Source: Eledone cirrhosa (taxonomy: Eukaryota). Taken from it: 64,000 bases of DNA. A program made the position numbers and the translations under genes. This document shows, piece after piece, positions 62,052-64,000 of this stretch. The notes under the pieces were generated by a model. The model searched no databases and was not told the DNA's origin. It was given only the letters and a program-made list of their open reading frames with translations. How positions within the stretch are numbered: the stretch's first letter is position 1; every line of letters starts with the position of its first letter. The stretch covers positions 355,322,001 to 355,386,000 of the forward strand of contig OZ024741.1 in NCBI GenBank assembly GCA_964016885.1. The letters are read 5' to 3'.

Positions 62052-63440
62052 ATCATCATCATCAGCATCACCGTTTTATGTCCATTCTTCCATGCTAGCA
62101 TGGGTTAGACGGGTTGTCCTGTTGTGGGCAATGTTAGGTCGGCTAACCTTGTCTTGCTCATACGGGAACTGATTTTGGCTTGATTTCTACAGCTGGATGC
62201 CCTTCCTAACAGCAACCTCATTTACAGTGAGTGCTGTGTGCTTTTTTTCTGTGGCGCCAACACGTCCACTTTACAGTGTGATCTGGGCGCTTTTTTGTTG
62301 TGGCATCACCACTACCCCCTTGCAGTGGGAGGGGATGAGGGCATATTGCTTATATGCTTCGGCTTCAGCTTGTTCCCGTGGGAAGTCGGGTCTTCTGTAT
62401 TACTGCGTGATACCAGAGGTCACGGTCCTGTGACATTGCCATTCAGAGGTGCAATTGGACAAGGTCCGCTTTTATCACCTCATTCCAGGTCTTCTTGGGT
62501 CTCCCCACTCCACAGCTTCCATAAACTCTTAGTGCTCTGCACCTTTTTATGCAGCTGTCATCCTTCATATGCATCACATGTCCATACCAATGCATCCTCC
62601 TCTCCTGCACACAGCATCTGATTCCTCTTATGTTCAGTCTTTCTCTCATTCGTTTATGCTTTTCTGTTCGTGTATATTACTATTACACATCCATTGGAGC
62701 ATGCAAGCTTAATTTCTTTCTAATCTATGCAAGTCTTTTACGCACAGCGCCCAGGCCTCCCTACCATGTAACATTGCTGTTCGTATGCATGCATCATACA
62801 GTCTGCCTTTCATTTTGAGGGAAAAACCTTTTGCAGCTAACATTGGCAGTAGCTCCATGAACTTCTTCCATCCCGTTCTTACCCTGGTTACTGTACTTTC
62901 AGAATACCTACCTCCGCTGCTAATTTGGTCCCCTAGGTAACAGAAGCTATCTACTGTTTCTACTGAGCCCTCCCAGAGTTTGATAGTGCTTGTTTCCTGT
63001 GGCTGTTTGCTGCTTACTGTCCCGGTGCAGCTGCTACATGTGAAGCCTACATTCCTAACTAAGCTTTCTGAGATCCCACTACATCTCTTGTGTACCCATA
63101 GTTTGCATTTGGAGGAGAGGATAGAATTCCTACCTACACCTTTCCTACATACTGAGCAAGGCCATTTCCCTGAGGGGATCTGGGTTCTGTTTTCTCGTCT
63201 ACTTATGAGCACCTTAGTCTTTGACAGGTTGACTTTGAGCCCCCTTCTTTCAAATCCCTGCTTCCATGTTTGGAATTTCTTCTTTAATTCCACCATAGAT
63301 TCAACTATAAGTGTAAGATCATCTGCATACAGGAGTTCCCATGGGCATCCGGTCTTAAACTCCTCTGTTATAACCTGCAATACTATAATAAACAGGAGAG
63401 GGCTAAGAACAGAGCCCTGGTGGACACCAACCTGTATGCT
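62052..63440 (-). mobile_element. RTE LINE 3' fragment, tail-to-tail with the previous copy
   Basis: ORFs 62709-63461 and 62443-62649. (CAT)n at 62052. Confidence 0.9.
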
Positions 63441-63807
63441 AAAGATTTTTTCCATTTCCACCCTGCCTGTCTCCTCAATCTTTCTATTTCTTCTTTAATT
63501 TCTCATTTTTTCTTCTGGTGAAGGACTAGAGTCTGAGACCTTAAAACTCATTTCCTACGATATCAAGCGTAAAACTAATAATATATTTCTTCATTGTACT
63601 GTGTTGTTTGCTTCGTTATTTCTGTTTGCCTTTTGCACACACACACACATATATCCAAACATACACTCATATATATACACCAGCTAACAAATACATATCC
63701 TCAGAGAATTTGACATAATATGCTGAAAGATCCATCATCACCTTTTCAAAAAGTATATCATACACAAAACGCCAGCATCAACAGTTTTCCAAGAGATGGC
63801 AACATAA

Positions 63808-64000
63808 AACCATCTTGCCAACAACAACCCTGAGTACCTTTTTGATTTCCATGTGTCTAACACACGTGGACATGCCCACAAAGTCAGAAAACAGCACAGC
63901 TCCCAAGACTTTCGGAAACATCTTTTCACGCTCAGAGTTGCTGAAGCATGGAACGAACTACCTGCATCAGTTGTTAGCTGTCGAGACACTGCATCCTTTA
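63808..64000 (+). mobile_element. CR1-type LINE 3' fragment (same family as 31970-35110)
   Basis: Aligns to 34599-34791 (ctaacacacgtggacatgcc...acgctcagagttgctgaa). Confidence 0.9.

Overview
AT-rich, microsatellite-dense animal genomic DNA, probably from an octopus or other cephalopod (inferred from the repeat landscape). The only host gene I can support is a minus-strand multi-EGF (fibropellin/Notch-like) gene. It has 10 coding exons with matching GT-AG phases (50136 down to 3583), encoding about 679 aa: a signal peptide, an RIRR furin-like site, 16 complete EGF repeats and 1 partial one. The gene runs off the left edge. The introns and upstream region are almost entirely mobile DNA: a Gypsy-like integrase with its 3' LTR inserted in a Chapaev3-like DNA transposon, a second Chapaev3-like copy, a solo LTR, several PHD-bearing RTE LINEs, an intact-ORF CR1-type LINE, a full-length decayed L1/Tx1 LINE, an R4/Dong-like RLE element, tRNA-derived SINE arrays, a possible Helitron and many Penelope-like (PLE) elements sitting in (TA)n. 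The most interesting signal is non-coding. At least 7 canonical-core type I hammerhead-ribozyme motifs and several decayed ones occur here, 4 of them sense to the host pre-mRNA. At 51.9-53.1 kb there is an ORF-less 526-bp hammerhead unit present as two different circular permutations in inverted orientation, which looks like a retrozyme copied from a circular RNA. A series of PLE-derived fold-back hairpins also occurs. All family assignments come from motifs read by eye; no database search was run.
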